Assembly: GCF_039654945.1 (NCBI RefSeq)
Contig: NW_027361707.1
Location: forward strand, 4,092,001-4,156,000
Source: Dendrobates tinctorius
Lineage: Eukaryota
DNA: 64,000 nucleotides
Direction of reading: 5' to 3'
Every line of letters begins with the position of its first letter. Within the stretch, counting starts at the first letter, position 1. Shown one piece after another: positions 62,954-64,000 of this stretch. A program made the translations under genes and the position numbers. The notes beneath the pieces were generated by a model. That model was not told the origin of the DNA, did not search any database, and saw only the letters and a list, made by a program, of their open reading frames with translations.

Positions 62954-64000
62954 GTGAGTGACTGCGCTTGATTTATGGCTCCGAAGGATGCAGCCAGGTC
63001 CCGTTTCTGGACCACTCAGCTGTGTCCTGCTGGGCTTAAATACAGGCAACTTTTTTAAAAGCTGTGAGTCTGCTGAATTTTCAGATTTCAGTGGTCGCTA
63101 ACTGCAGTTTTTTTTTTTTTTTTTAAACTTTATTTTGGACTTTTTTTTTTTTGCGTTTTGTTTATTTGCTGGATAATCTGGTATAGATTATTTGATGCCA
63201 GATTAAAGGGATTTCATGTAGATTGCATACCTTTCATACAAGTTTTATTAGTGTTTTAGTTTTTAGGGTATGTGCAAGATGTTCATAAACTGGCAGCGCT
63301 TTGGATGCAGCACATGTCCGCTGCCAGCTTTTGAATGTAGGTAAATCTGCGTGTGTTCATTGAACCGTGCGGATTTACCGCATCCAGTACATTGTATGGG
63401 TGAAATTTATGTTGCGGAATCTCGTGTCTCCACAAGATAAATAGACATGCTGCAGTCTGGAGAGACACGCCGCATGTTCATCTCCTGGGGTGAGCCTCAG
63501 GTGTGTCTGGACACATTGTGGGCATGGGGTTTCTTGAGATCCCATCCACTATGCTGTAACATTTGGATGCTGCACAAGTACACAGCGTCTAACCCGCAGC
63601 GTTTACGGACACTGTGCACCTACCCTTTTATTTTTTTAAATTTTTTTTTTTTTATTATTGCCTCAAAATTGTAGTAAAAAATCTACAGGTGGCCACAAAT
63701 CCATCCCTGACTCTGCTCAATCAATGGAAAAATATAGTCTCAATGTGGTGTCACAATTTGTTTTGTTAAGCACACCCACTTACAGTACTTGGAATGTATC
63801 AGGTATCATCCATGTTTTGAGTATATTGTCATAGTAGGTTTTTTTTTTTGTTTTTTTTTTTCTTTCCATAAATTTCCACCGCCAACTCATTCATGTGACA
63901 AGATCTTGCAGCAATCCACACACCAAGCAGAGACTCCTCTGTTCGAATAACCAGGATGGACTCTGACTATACGCTAAATGGCTAAAGACTTGTATTTCTA

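Overview
Vertebrate (very probably frog/anuran, inferred from the TE repertoire) genomic DNA from the conserved SLBP-TMEM129-TACC3 block, syntenic to human 4p16.3. It holds the complete 4-exon TMEM129 gene (minus strand, 362 aa, E3 RING ligase), the promoter, non-coding exon 1 and nine coding exons of TACC3/Maskin (plus strand, continuing past the window end), and a probable first coding exon and promoter of SLBP (minus strand). The rest is heavily nested repeats: two Tc1 elements, two near-identical young CR1 LINEs, a decayed L1, L2 fragments, a solo LTR, a young and an old DIRS element, a non-autonomous Helitron, many hAT/Harbinger/Kolobok MITEs and several minisatellites. The best find is a 342-bp insertion (326-bp unit, 12-bp TSD) at 12651-12992 that combines a canonical hammerhead ribozyme core, an octamer plus Staf/ZNF143-like snRNA-type enhancer and a CTCF motif, i.e. 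a retrozyme/satellite-2-like element. Also notable are a Penelope-like palindrome with mirrored minimal hammerheads in the SLBP intron, an in-frame stop-free intron in TMEM129, and a 14x 8-aa coding VNTR in TACC3. All calls were made by eye, with no database search.
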